From contig JBHIAL010000001.1 of assembly GCA_046758525.1 (NCBI GenBank), positions 667 through 64,666 on the forward strand: a stretch of DNA of 64,000 nucleotides, in the 5' to 3' direction. The notes under the pieces are model-generated. The model was given only the letters and a program-made list of their open reading frames with translations, was not told the DNA's origin and ran no database searches. Below, piece after piece: positions 1 through 8,109 of the stretch. Each line of letters opens with the position of its first letter. The stretch's first letter is position 1. Position numbers and translations under genes: made by a program. Source of the stretch: a bacterium. GTDB lineage: Bacteria > Aerophobota > Aerophobia > Aerophobales > AE-B3A.

Positions 1-138
1 TATCTCGTATTTCAGAAACAGTCTTATTATTCATATTTCCTTTCTCTTGGTATATTTGAGCCCAATGACGTGATTGTTTATACCAATCCTGAAGCGCTGT
101 TATAGTTATATCTTTATTCTTATCTGTTTTGCCGTTCA
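1..138 (-). CDS. partial hypothetical protein (N-terminus only; continues off the window)
   Basis: Minus-strand ATG at 138..136 preceded by AGGA. It reads M N G K T D K N K D I T I T A L Q D W Y K Q S R H W A Q I Y Q E K G N M N N K T V S E I R D with no stop before the window edge. Confidence 0.2.
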
Positions 139-410
139 TAAGTTTTTTATCCTCTTCATTATCCTTACCTAATAGGTAAACCCACCTTTCCTTTATCTTC
201 CCCATTGAACTTTTTATTGTATGTTTCATATTTCATGGACCCCAAATCAGAGTAATGATTAAAAAGGCGTGTCTTTACCTGTCATATCCTTATAAAATTT
301 TTTAAACTCGTTCATCTGTCCTAATGGAAGGTTTTTGTAGTGCACTAATAAATCGGGATATTCCTTTAAGCGTTCACAGCATACTTCCATGCCACTCACA
401 TAATATTGTT

Positions 411-644
411 TCATGGCATCACTTGTTTAGTGGAAAACCCATAAACTGTTGGTTGGATGTTTATTTCTGGAGTGAGGTTTTTGACAATGGCATATTTCAC
501 AGCCTCCTTGCTATAGCAGGTCTCACAAACACCATAATATATATCGCCAGCCAAGTTGGGTATCGGAGCAGGTAAGATAAGCAATTTAGCGTCAGATTCT
601 TCCCTGCATAATGCACAGATTTTGGGGAGGACTGCATCATTCAT
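411..644 (-). CDS. small Cys4 zinc-ribbon protein, hypothetical
   Basis: 77-aa ORF with CxxC...CxxC (CALCRE / CETC). Its orientation fits the divergent minus-strand block upstream of the 833 promoter. It is preferred over the overlapping plus ORF 324..575. Confidence 0.3.
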   Translation of the reverse strand: MNDAVLPKICALCREESDAKLLILPAPIPNLAGDIYYGVCETCYSKEAVKYAIVKNLTPEINIQPTVYGFSTKQVMP

Positions 645-832
645 GTCAATATTAATGTCTTTTGTATGTTTTTAATTTTGGGGCAGGAAGTAAATGAAAA
701 ATTAATATCGCCCAAGACGATTTTTCGCAACCACCCTCCCCTCGTTTAAGGAGAAGTTTACTATTATAGTATACCACATTTTTAGGGAAAATTCAACCTA
801 ATTTTTACAATATTTTAAAAAACAGAAAATCC

Positions 833-861
833 TTGACATTTGCAAATCCTTGGTTTATAAG
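833..861 (+). promoter_or_regulatory. sigma70-like promoter, TTGACA-17-TATAAG
   Basis: TTGACA at 833..838, a 17-nt spacer, TATAAG at 856..861, and an AT-rich upstream tract. The first ATG of the downstream gene is at 869, giving a nearly leaderless transcript. Confidence 0.4.
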
Positions 862-868
862 TAGTTTT

Positions 869-1480
869 ATGAAATCTACTCCAAGAAAACAACAAAAAAC
901 CCGCATTTTGGAGAAATTTGAGGCGGGTGATTGGGTGTATCTTCTTCAAAGGGTTTACGTATGTAGTAACGAAACCTGCAAGTGCAAGGAGGGACAGCTC
1001 CATAACTACGAATATGTTTTCAAAAGGAAGAAATACAGTAAGCGTAAATTCTTTATAGGCAGCAAAGAGGAAGTGGGATTCCCTCCTGACACATCCAACG
1101 AACCTGAAATCAAGGATTTGGAATTTAAATTAAACATACAAGACGAGGTAAACACATTCGTTGAGAATCTCAAGGAGGAACTGAATATAAATGGTTCCTT
1201 GGTTGAACAAATGGAACTGGATTTCTTGAAATCTGAATACTATATATATAAGGTAATCACTCAGGAACTTTTTAAATCCCGCAAAAGAATAACCGACCGA
1301 ACGGGGGACGGTGATTGGAAGTCGTCAAATCTCACAACAAATTTGCTCAAAACGATTGACAGACTCAGGGATTCGCTTGGAAAGCTTCGTGGCGCATCAT
1401 TCAGTGTTCCCTCTAAAAATGCAACATCAGAGGAAACAGTTAATGGTTCTAACTATAATGATTTATTAGCTTCTTTATAA
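869..1480 (+). CDS. hypothetical protein, putative small terminase subunit by position
   Basis: It lies immediately upstream of TerL, with its stop 2 nt before the TerL start. It is basic and Lys-rich. The track ORF 833..1480 starts at TTG; the first ATG at 869 is used here. No recognisable HTH. Confidence 0.3.
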   Translation: MKSTPRKQQKTRILEKFEAGDWVYLLQRVYVCSNETCKCKEGQLHNYEYVFKRKKYSKRKFFIGSKEEVGFPPDTSNEPEIKDLEFKLNIQDEVNTFVENLKEELNINGSLVEQMELDFLKSEYYIYKVITQELFKSRKRITDRTGDGDWKSSNLTTNLLKTIDRLRDSLGKLRGASFSVPSKNATSEETVNGSNYNDLLASL

Positions 1481-1482
1481 TT

Positions 1483-3021
1483 ATGAACGCTAAAAAATTC
1501 TCTTCTTTTACGCCACTCAGAAGTCTCAATGATAGAGATTCACTTCTTTTATATAAGGATAATCCTTGTCAATTCCTTGAAGAACAAGTTGTAATTGGTA
1601 CTAACGTTATATTACCAGAGAATATAGACAATTACTACAAGGTTGGCAACAGGATTCTATTGAAGCTTGAGCCTTTTCAAAAGAAATTTATTGACGCAAT
1701 CATATTAACCAGAGACAAGAATGGTTACAGATATTATGATGAAGCTGTGCTTGCTATAGGAAAGAAGAATGGCAAAAGTAGCCTTGCATCCTATATAGCG
1801 ACTTACCTGTTTTTTATGGATAGGGAAGAAGAGTCTGATTATATATTCTCATCCAACTCAAAAGACCAAGCGGATATTCTTGCATTTGGTAATTTTAAAC
1901 GAATCTGTTACCACAGCCCTAACCTGAAAGATAAAACGGACAGATTTAAGTCTTATGTTCAGCGCAAGAATTCTGAAATCAAGGCATATCCCGTCCCTTA
2001 TGCAGAGGCATCCAATCATGGCGTTATGAACCTTGCTTTTGTAAGCCATGATGAGGCTTGGGGTTACGCTGATGATTCTGCTTATACAGCATTAACAAGG
2101 AACTTTGCCAAGAATGAATTTCTGGCGTTAACCACATCCTATGCAGGATATAATAAAAACTCTGTTTATTATCAACTTTATGATAGGTGTAAAAAAGCAA
2201 ACAGTGCAAAGACATATTTCAAATCCTATGAGTGTACCATAGACGACCCACAATTTTGGAAAGATGCCAACCCTGCATCTTGGGTTACCTTGGAAAAGTT
2301 AATGCACCAAAAGGAGCGTTTACATGATAATCAATTTAAGCGTATGCACCTAAATATGTGGGCGAGTTCTGACAGTTCAACGAAGATGCAGCAATTTGTA
2401 ACCGAAGAGCAGGTTATGGCAGTAACAAACCCCGATTTAGCTCCCACAGAGATAGGGGGAGATTCCGATTTCTATGTGTGTGGCGTTGATTTGGGGCTTG
2501 TCCATGATAATACGGCTGTTGCAGTCATGCACACAAAAGGCAGTAAATTAATACTTGATAGATTGGATGTATTTTCAGGAACAAAGGAGAACCCTGTTGA
2601 CATCGTAAAGTTAGAAAACTATTTGAAGGAATTAAGGGTACGTTATGGATGTGTTTTTGTAATTGACCCTTGGCAAATGGCGCAAACACTACAAAAATTT
2701 GTTACTCTTTATGGGAGTGATGTAGTTAATGAGGTCTCATTTAGGAAGGTAAATGCAGAATTGACTGAACTTCTTTGCAGGGTGATTAAAACCAAGGAAA
2801 TAGAGTTTTATCCGAGGGCGGGGTTGCACTATGACCAAAAAGGGAATGAATTTACATTGCAACAAGAGTTGGCTGACCTTTATGTTAAGTGGACTAATGG
2901 CACTATTCGGTTTGACCATGAATACAACAAGAAATCTGATATGGCTGTGGCAGTTGCTATTTGTGTCTTGAAATTGGTTGGGTGTTCTCAATACAGCCCA
3001 CCAAGAATCAGAAGACTTTGA
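1483..3021 (+). CDS. terL: terminase large subunit (TerL)
   Basis: 512 aa. Walker A-like GKKNGKSSL. Acidic Walker B region VSHDEAWGY. C-terminal RNaseH-like nuclease segment GVDLGLVHDNTAVAV. Position is at the head of the structural module. Confidence 0.8.
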   Translation: MNAKKFSSFTPLRSLNDRDSLLLYKDNPCQFLEEQVVIGTNVILPENIDNYYKVGNRILLKLEPFQKKFIDAIILTRDKNGYRYYDEAVLAIGKKNGKSSLASYIATYLFFMDREEESDYIFSSNSKDQADILAFGNFKRICYHSPNLKDKTDRFKSYVQRKNSEIKAYPVPYAEASNHGVMNLAFVSHDEAWGYADDSAYTALTRNFAKNEFLALTTSYAGYNKNSVYYQLYDRCKKANSAKTYFKSYECTIDDPQFWKDANPASWVTLEKLMHQKERLHDNQFKRMHLNMWASSDSSTKMQQFVTEEQVMAVTNPDLAPTEIGGDSDFYVCGVDLGLVHDNTAVAVMHTKGSKLILDRLDVFSGTKENPVDIVKLENYLKELRVRYGCVFVIDPWQMAQTLQKFVTLYGSDVVNEVSFRKVNAELTELLCRVIKTKEIEFYPRAGLHYDQKGNEFTLQQELADLYVKWTNGTIRFDHEYNKKSDMAVAVAICVLKLVGCSQYSPPRIRRL

Positions 3022-3027
3022 TTTTCC

Positions 3028-3057
3028 TTGACATTTAACAGGTGGGTGTTCTAATAT
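3028..3057 (+). promoter_or_regulatory. putative promoter, TTGACA-18-TAATAT
   Basis: TTGACATTT at 3028 is the same extended motif seen at 833 and 16743. TAATAT is at 3052..3057. Confidence 0.3.
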
Positions 3058-3126
3058 ATCCATACAAAAATGTTCACTTGTGTATTCCAGATTTCGCCAT
3101 TAAATATTTAATAAGGAGTGAATTAT

Positions 3127-3171
3127 ATGCCAAAAAAGAAGAAAGCTAAGAAAAATAAAAAGGGTAAATAA
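3127..3171 (+). CDS. 14-aa poly-lysine micro-ORF (MPKKKKAKKNKKGK)
   Basis: Strong SD AAGGAGTG sits 6-7 nt upstream of the ATG. It is too short for the ORF track. Confidence 0.25.
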   Translation: MPKKKKAKKNKKGK

Positions 3172-3193
3172 AAATGTAAGATTAGTAACCCCA

Positions 3194-3505
3194 TTGATTA
3201 TATTATTTTTTTCAATGAAGAGACTATTCAAAAGAAGTGGTAATATAATCTGGATTAACTGCCCTTGTCATCCACAGGCAGACAAGAGTGGCTTTGTACC
3301 CTATCACAGATGGTTAATAGAGAAAGACCAATGTAGATTCCTGAAACCAGATGAAGTAGTTAGGCACAAAAACGGAGACATTTTGGATAATAGATTGTCC
3401 AATCTTGTAATAGATAAAAAATGGGCTTTCAGAGGGGATTGTGGGAATAGGCCCAAGCCACCTACCAAGAAAGAAATTGAGAAGTTCAAGCAAGAGAAAT
3501 TATAA
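3194..3505 (+). CDS. HNH endonuclease
   Basis: CPCH...YHRW...VRHKNGDILDNRLSNL, an HNH_3-type His-Asn-His core. It is adjacent to the terminase. The true start may be the internal Met at 3215. Confidence 0.7.
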   Translation: MIILFFSMKRLFKRSGNIIWINCPCHPQADKSGFVPYHRWLIEKDQCRFLKPDEVVRHKNGDILDNRLSNLVIDKKWAFRGDCGNRPKPPTKKEIEKFKQEKL

Positions 3506-3522
3506 CTACAAAAGGAGTAAAG

Positions 3523-3741
3523 GTGGCATTACCTTACGTGGATGAATATTATTATACACATTATGGGTTTAATGGTTATATAAAAATCAGAACCATAGGT
3601 GGTATTACTACAATCAGAACTGTAAGTAGTGGGAAATATGCGGAAGATAGGGAATCTGTCCCTCCAATACAGACAGGTTTAATTACTATTGATAACAATA
3701 CCAATATAATGAGTGTGTCGACACCATGTGGGAAGGATTAA
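3523..3741 (+). CDS. hypothetical protein
   Basis: 72-aa ORF with SD GGAGTAAAGG upstream. Confidence 0.3.
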   Translation: MALPYVDEYYYTHYGFNGYIKIRTIGGITTIRTVSSGKYAEDRESVPPIQTGLITIDNNTNIMSVSTPCGKD

Positions 3742-3848
3742 TCGAGATAGGAAAAGCCTTTTTAGGACTGACTCTTGTATTTATAATATTAGGAGTAATT
3801 TATTTTATCTTCAAGTATTCGGAAACATGGAAAGGAGGTGAATAAATT

Positions 3849-4064
3849 ATGAAACCAGGTATAAGAAGCAGTGAGTTATGGCTTGGTCTTTTTGGTGCTG
3901 TACTTATGTACCTTAATGATTTTTACGGGTGGGGGTTTGATGTAAAAACAATTGTTGGGACTGTTGCTATTATTGTCGGGTATATCGTTTCCAGAACAGT
4001 TGTCAAGGCAAAACAGATAACCAAAGAGAAGGAGATAGAGCTTGAAAAAGTCAAGACCAAATAA
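3849..4064 (+). CDS. holin-like small membrane protein
   Basis: 71 aa with two predicted TM helices and a highly charged C-terminal tail (KEKEIELEKVKTK). Strong SD AAGGAGGTG. Confidence 0.4.
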   Translation: MKPGIRSSELWLGLFGAVLMYLNDFYGWGFDVKTIVGTVAIIVGYIVSRTVVKAKQITKEKEIELEKVKTK

Positions 4065-4108
4065 GAAGCTGTTAATATTTGTTTCGGTATTCAGTATTGG
4101 AGGGAAAG

Positions 4109-4519
4109 ATGCGATTCCAGAATGATGAAAAGGCTCTTTTTAAATTTTTGGGTTTTATTGCATTAGTATCATTGGTAGGAGCTTTGCTGCTATCGCTTGG
4201 TGGATGCTCTGTAATGACAATTAGAAAACAAAAGTCGATAGTTGACAGGGCAGAGAATGTGTTAATAGAGGCAAATCGTGTTGTTGGTGAGACTTGTAAT
4301 GACCCTGAATCCAGCCCAAAAAAACAGGAATTATGCGAGGTTATACGTGAGGGAATGGCTTTGTTACAGGAGGGACTCGGAGTTTACAGGGAAGTCCTGA
4401 TTGCTGTAGAGAATGGAGAGGCGACTGAAGACAAGGTAGCAGACGCTATTATTGCTGTTGGGCTGCGTGCTACAACACTTGAAATGAGAATCAGAAGATT
4501 AATAGAAACCGTTGATTAG
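4109..4519 (+). CDS. lipoprotein with coiled-coil region (spanin-like or exclusion lipoprotein)
   Basis: Signal peptide plus lipobox, LLLSLGGC. SD GGAGGG lies before the ATG at 4109; the track ORF starts earlier at 4079. The C-terminus is helical. It is adjacent to the holin-like gene. Confidence 0.45.
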   Translation: MRFQNDEKALFKFLGFIALVSLVGALLLSLGGCSVMTIRKQKSIVDRAENVLIEANRVVGETCNDPESSPKKQELCEVIREGMALLQEGLGVYREVLIAVENGEATEDKVADAIIAVGLRATTLEMRIRRLIETVD

Positions 4520-4555
4520 TGTATGTCCCTCATGATAAATTAGCGATAAAAAACA

Positions 4556-4942
4556 ATGACTGTGTCAAGACGATGTGCGTATGACGGGGGTGAAGAAATC
4601 ATAGTTAGTTTAGATAAGCGCATTAAGTATCATACTTTGGAATGCGCCAGGCGAGCGAGGTATTTGAAAAAATGTCAAAGGCAACACAGGAACAAGAAGA
4701 AGGCGGTTTGTAAGAATTGTGGGGAGGAGATACTTACTGAAGGCAGGGTGGGAAGACCAGTGCTGGTTTGCAATAACTGTGCAAAAGCGGAAGTAAGCAG
4801 CAGGAGGGCGATGGCATCGGCAAAGATAAAAGTAAAGGCGAATAGAGTCCAGGAACTGAATATGGGCAAAGGTAGAAGTTATGTTGGTTTTACCAACCGT
4901 TGTGTTGAGTGGCGTGATTGGCTTAGGGATAGAAAGCTATAA
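4556..4942 (+). CDS. basic zinc-ribbon protein, likely nucleic-acid binding
   Basis: 128 aa with CKNCGEE...CNNC and a very basic composition (HRNKKK). It ends ...WLRDRKL inside a 26-nt direct repeat. Confidence 0.4.
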   Translation: MTVSRRCAYDGGEEIIVSLDKRIKYHTLECARRARYLKKCQRQHRNKKKAVCKNCGEEILTEGRVGRPVLVCNNCAKAEVSSRRAMASAKIKVKANRVQELNMGKGRSYVGFTNRCVEWRDWLRDRKL

Positions 4943-4975
4943 GCAAGTAACGAGTAACGAGTAACCTATAACCTA

Positions 4976-5206
4976 ATGTATTCACAAAAAAAGAAATCAA
5001 TTGAGGATGCTTTTTATTTGTTGATAAAAAGGCTGGTTAATTGCAAGTTGGCACATAAGAACGGGGGCGATATGCTTGAGTCCTTGTGGCAGGCACACTC
5101 AATGTACCATGAGTTATTGGTTCTTGTAAACGATTATGAATCTGAAAAAAGAAGATTCGAGGAGTCATTCCGTTTCTGTGTCCCAAGACGAAATGGTACG
5201 GGATGA
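4976..5206 (+). CDS. hypothetical protein
   Basis: 76-aa ORF. It overlaps the next ORF. Confidence 0.25.
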   Translation: MYSQKKKSIEDAFYLLIKRLVNCKLAHKNGGDMLESLWQAHSMYHELLVLVNDYESEKRRFEESFRFCVPRRNGTG

Positions 5207-5363
5207 ATTTATTTTTACCCGTTTATCAAGCGGAATACGATTAAATGGGAATTTTCTGTGGTCAGTAGAGAGTAGGGATACAGGGCTTACGGCATCTGGT
5301 GTTACTAAAGAAGCAGCAGCCAATAGGTTACGAAAGAAAATATGGAAGGCGATAAGAGTATAG
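5136..5363 (+). CDS. hypothetical protein
   Basis: 75-aa ORF in an alternative frame. Confidence 0.2.
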   Translation: MNLKKEDSRSHSVSVSQDEMVRDEFIFTRLSSGIRLNGNFLWSVESRDTGLTASGVTKEAAANRLRKKIWKAIRV

Positions 5364-5503
5364 AGTTGTTTGAGAGGATTGACCGCAAGATGATAAGGGT
5401 GCGTATTCGTAGTATAGTTACAGGGTTGTATAATATTGTGAGCTTAAGCTTTGGACTTCTTTTGTTAATCACTCGTTATTGGCTTAGGGATAGAAAGCTA
5501 TAA
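5342..5503 (+). CDS. 53-aa small protein with C-terminal TM segment, ending ...RYWLRDRKL
   Basis: Read by hand because it is under the 60-aa track cutoff. ATG at 5342. Hydrophobic stretch IVTGLYNIVSLSFGLLLLIT. The last 26 nt are identical to the 3' end of ORF 4556..4942. Confidence 0.2.
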   Translation: MEGDKSIELFERIDRKMIRVRIRSIVTGLYNIVSLSFGLLLLITRYWLRDRKL

Positions 5504-5701
5504 ATGGTAACATTTGAATGTTCTAAGTGTAAATCGTTATGCTTCAGTGAAAAACCAGTAACAACTATTGCCTATAACCATCTTGTTAATGGAGATTATA
5601 TTCCTTATCTGGTTCAGTATATTTGCAGGAATTGTTTTGAGGGGAAGAAGATAGATGCCCGAAATTGGGGATTGCCCACAAGGGAAAGAAATACAAGGTA
5701 A
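5504..5701 (+). CDS. Cys-rich zinc-finger-like small protein
   Basis: CSKCKSLC...CRNC. Confidence 0.3.
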   Translation: MVTFECSKCKSLCFSEKPVTTIAYNHLVNGDYIPYLVQYICRNCFEGKKIDARNWGLPTRERNTR

Positions 5702-5933
5702 TCTTGAGGTCGTGGCGGAAAGGCTGGCAAACTATATAGCTTTCTCCGAAAAGACGATTACCCGTATTGAACATGCCATTGAGTTGTGTACTAAAGAAAC
5801 AAAGGATGGGCTTAAGGAAATAAAAAAGCAAATTGAGGAGAGGAATAAATATAATAGGGTGCTATGGGTTACTATCATTGGTACGGCAACAGGAATAATA
5901 GTAACAAACATTTTCTTCTTGATGGTAAAATGA
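5655..5933 (+). CDS. membrane-anchored hypothetical protein
   Basis: 92 aa with a C-terminal TM helix (VLWVTIIGTATGIIVTNIFFLMV). Confidence 0.3.
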   Translation: MPEIGDCPQGKEIQGNLEVVAERLANYIAFSEKTITRIEHAIELCTKETKDGLKEIKKQIEERNKYNRVLWVTIIGTATGIIVTNIFFLMVK

Positions 5934-5937
5934 TGAA

Positions 5938-6339
5938 ATGTTATTCTTATGCGAAAAATGCGGAAGGATTCGGAAGTTCGGCAAGTGGAGTGAATTACCA
6001 GAGCATTTAATTTTAACTAATGAATTTAAAGCCGTTCCTAAAACAAAGATGACTTGCGATGATTGTAAAGATAAAAAGCTTGGCTTGTCCCGTACCGAAA
6101 TAGTACGGGGCGGGGGCTGTGAAGGACTTAGAGAGGTCAGAAAGCAGGTTGTGAGTATGCGTATCGGAGACTGTCTGGTCGGCGCTTTGCTTCTTGTTTT
6201 GATAATTAGTGTAGTATGGTGCGGTATTGTCTCTTACAAAACATGGGCTGTAATGGAAAAGAGTAAGTGTGTGTGCGATGATAACGGAACGAATCGTGGA
6301 ATTATGCAAAGAGACGGCAATCCAAGCTCTAAAAGATGA
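5938..6339 (+). CDS. zinc-ribbon membrane protein
   Basis: CEKCG...CDDCKDKK and a TM helix. Confidence 0.35.
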   Translation: MLFLCEKCGRIRKFGKWSELPEHLILTNEFKAVPKTKMTCDDCKDKKLGLSRTEIVRGGGCEGLREVRKQVVSMRIGDCLVGALLLVLIISVVWCGIVSYKTWAVMEKSKCVCDDNGTNRGIMQRDGNPSSKR

Positions 6340-6481
6340 TGTGGGCATAAAAGAGGTATTAGACTGTCAGAGGAGTTGGCTTATTGACGAGGCACTTGTG
6401 AGATATGGTACGCAGGCTGAAGCTGCAAAGAAATTAAAAAAGAGCCGTAGGGTTATTAATTATTATTTGAGAGGAAAATAA
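6269..6481 (+). CDS. small HTH DNA-binding protein
   Basis: C-terminal GTQAEAAKKLKKSRRVINYYLRGK resembles a Fis / sigma-region-4-type HTH. Confidence 0.35.
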   Translation: MCAMITERIVELCKETAIQALKDDVGIKEVLDCQRSWLIDEALVRYGTQAEAAKKLKKSRRVINYYLRGK

Positions 6482-6482
6482 A

Positions 6483-7682
6483 ATGGTGGCATCATTCATT
6501 CCTTCAATTTTAGATGAGCTTGATGATGTTGTGATAGCAGCGCCTATTGCAGGACATGTGTTAAGATATGACGGCATGGACTGGAAGAACGCTCAACTTG
6601 CCCATAGCGATTTGTCAGGCTTAGCGAATGATGACCATTCCATCTACACCTTACTTGCAGGCAGGGCTGGTGGACAGACCCTTATTGGCGGTATGGCAGC
6701 CAGCGAAAATCTTACGCTTCAGTCCACATCACATGCCACAAGGGGCAAGATACTCTTTGGTACTTCAGCTTATGACGAGGTAAATAATAGATTAGGTCTT
6801 GGTACGGTTTCACCAGCATCACTGCTTACAGTAGCAGGGAATGCCTCTATAGGCTCAGGATATACAGGTATAGCAGCGCCTGCCAATGGAATGTTGATTG
6901 AAGGTAAAGTTTGGATTGGAACCACATCCCCAACAACAAATTCAGGTGATATGCTTGTAGTACATAGAAGTTCTGCCAATAATCAATTGATAACGCTAAG
7001 AAATACACATGTGGATGGTCTCTCTTCTATAAGATTAGAGGATGAGGCTGGGGCGTTTAAAGGGGATATTGGGTATTATAATAACATAGACAAGATACGG
7101 ATAGGGGGGGCTGGAGTTCCCATGTACTTTGACGGGTCATTAGATTTATTTACTTCCGCTATCCCTGCATCGGAAGCAGACTACACAAAATTATATACAC
7201 GAGATTGGAACGGTCCTGGTACAAATGCGCTATTCATACTATGTGAAGAAAATGTTGCTCATGTTTTTGGTAGCAGTGTAGGCATCGGCACGGCTGCACC
7301 AGATTCTCAAGCAAAAGCAACAATAGCAGGCGGACTTAAAACACAAGCTGATGTAGGTGCGACCCAGTTTAATTGGTTTCCCTATGAAGGCGACTGGAGA
7401 ATCTATTTTCGGTCGCCCGTACAAGTTGATGACGAAATGAAATTTGGGACTACTGGTGTATGGGGAGTTGGCAGCAATGTTGGTATTGGGACCCTTACTC
7501 CAGCCGCATCAGCGCAGCTTGAAATGGTATCTACGTCAAAAGGCTTCTTGCCTCCTCGCATGACGGAAGTACAGCGAGATGCAATATCAAGCCCTGCAGC
7601 AGGACTTGTGGTTTATGTTACTGATGGCACAAATCCAAATAAACTCCACTTTTATAATGGCACGGCATGGGGAGTAGTGTAA
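6483..7682 (+). CDS. fiber-like structural protein with repeated xGIGT(x)P motifs
   Basis: 399 aa. N-terminal HSDLSGLANDDHSIY. Three copies of a motif common in phage tail-fiber repeats: LGLGTVSPASL, VGIGTAAPDSQ, VGIGTLTPAAS. Confidence 0.5.
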   Translation: MVASFIPSILDELDDVVIAAPIAGHVLRYDGMDWKNAQLAHSDLSGLANDDHSIYTLLAGRAGGQTLIGGMAASENLTLQSTSHATRGKILFGTSAYDEVNNRLGLGTVSPASLLTVAGNASIGSGYTGIAAPANGMLIEGKVWIGTTSPTTNSGDMLVVHRSSANNQLITLRNTHVDGLSSIRLEDEAGAFKGDIGYYNNIDKIRIGGAGVPMYFDGSLDLFTSAIPASEADYTKLYTRDWNGPGTNALFILCEENVAHVFGSSVGIGTAAPDSQAKATIAGGLKTQADVGATQFNWFPYEGDWRIYFRSPVQVDDEMKFGTTGVWGVGSNVGIGTLTPAASAQLEMVSTSKGFLPPRMTEVQRDAISSPAAGLVVYVTDGTNPNKLHFYNGTAWGVV

Positions 7683-8053
7683 ATCCCGACGGAACGAATG
7701 AGGTAAAGATTATGATTAAAGTAACAAGACATGAAATTACAAAAGACAAAAATAATAATATTATCAGGGGCGTTATAGGAATTACTTACATCGACACAGT
7801 AACTGGCAAATCTGCATATAGAGACAGGGTGTGGACGGTGGGCAGTCCTGATTCAGATTTCCCCACCGTGCCTACAAAGGCAGAGTTTAGGGCTGCTGTC
7901 AAGTCATGGCTAACTGCTATACCTAAAGATGGTCAATCTATTTTACAAAGTATAAAAGCTTCTATACGAAAAGAAGTAGAAGAATCAATTACGGTGTTTA
8001 AACCAGGAGACCCTGGGTCTATGGTGAATGAAGAAATACAGGAGCCGGTATGA
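7667..8053 (+). CDS. hypothetical protein
   Basis: 128 aa, overlapping the preceding gene by 16 nt. Confidence 0.35.
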   Translation: MGSSVNPDGTNEVKIMIKVTRHEITKDKNNNIIRGVIGITYIDTVTGKSAYRDRVWTVGSPDSDFPTVPTKAEFRAAVKSWLTAIPKDGQSILQSIKASIRKEVEESITVFKPGDPGSMVNEEIQEPV

Positions 8054-8109
8054 GCGAGAATAAGATTAAAGTCAAAGCTGAAACTCCCTTGTGAGGCGGA
8101 AAGTTTGAT

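Noticed and set aside
324-575. Plus-strand 83-aa ORF overlapping the minus-strand 411..644 ORF
   Set aside because: It lies upstream of, and partly within, the divergent promoter region. It has no SD, and its orientation conflicts with the minus-strand block at the window start. The minus ORF with CxxC pairs is preferred, at low confidence.
1858-2215. Antisense ORFs inside terminase and other long genes (e.g. 1858..2049, 2024..2215, 2737..3063, 25769..29190, 50687..51013, 59011..60372)
   Set aside because: They are fully embedded in the opposite strand of confidently assigned long genes. They are 60-120 aa with no RBS and low-complexity translations, typical shadow ORFs.
4079-4108. Upstream ATG (MFRYSVLEGK) for the lipoprotein gene
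   Set aside because: The second ATG at 4109 has a GGAGGG SD at the ideal distance and begins a canonical signal peptide, so the upstream start is unlikely.
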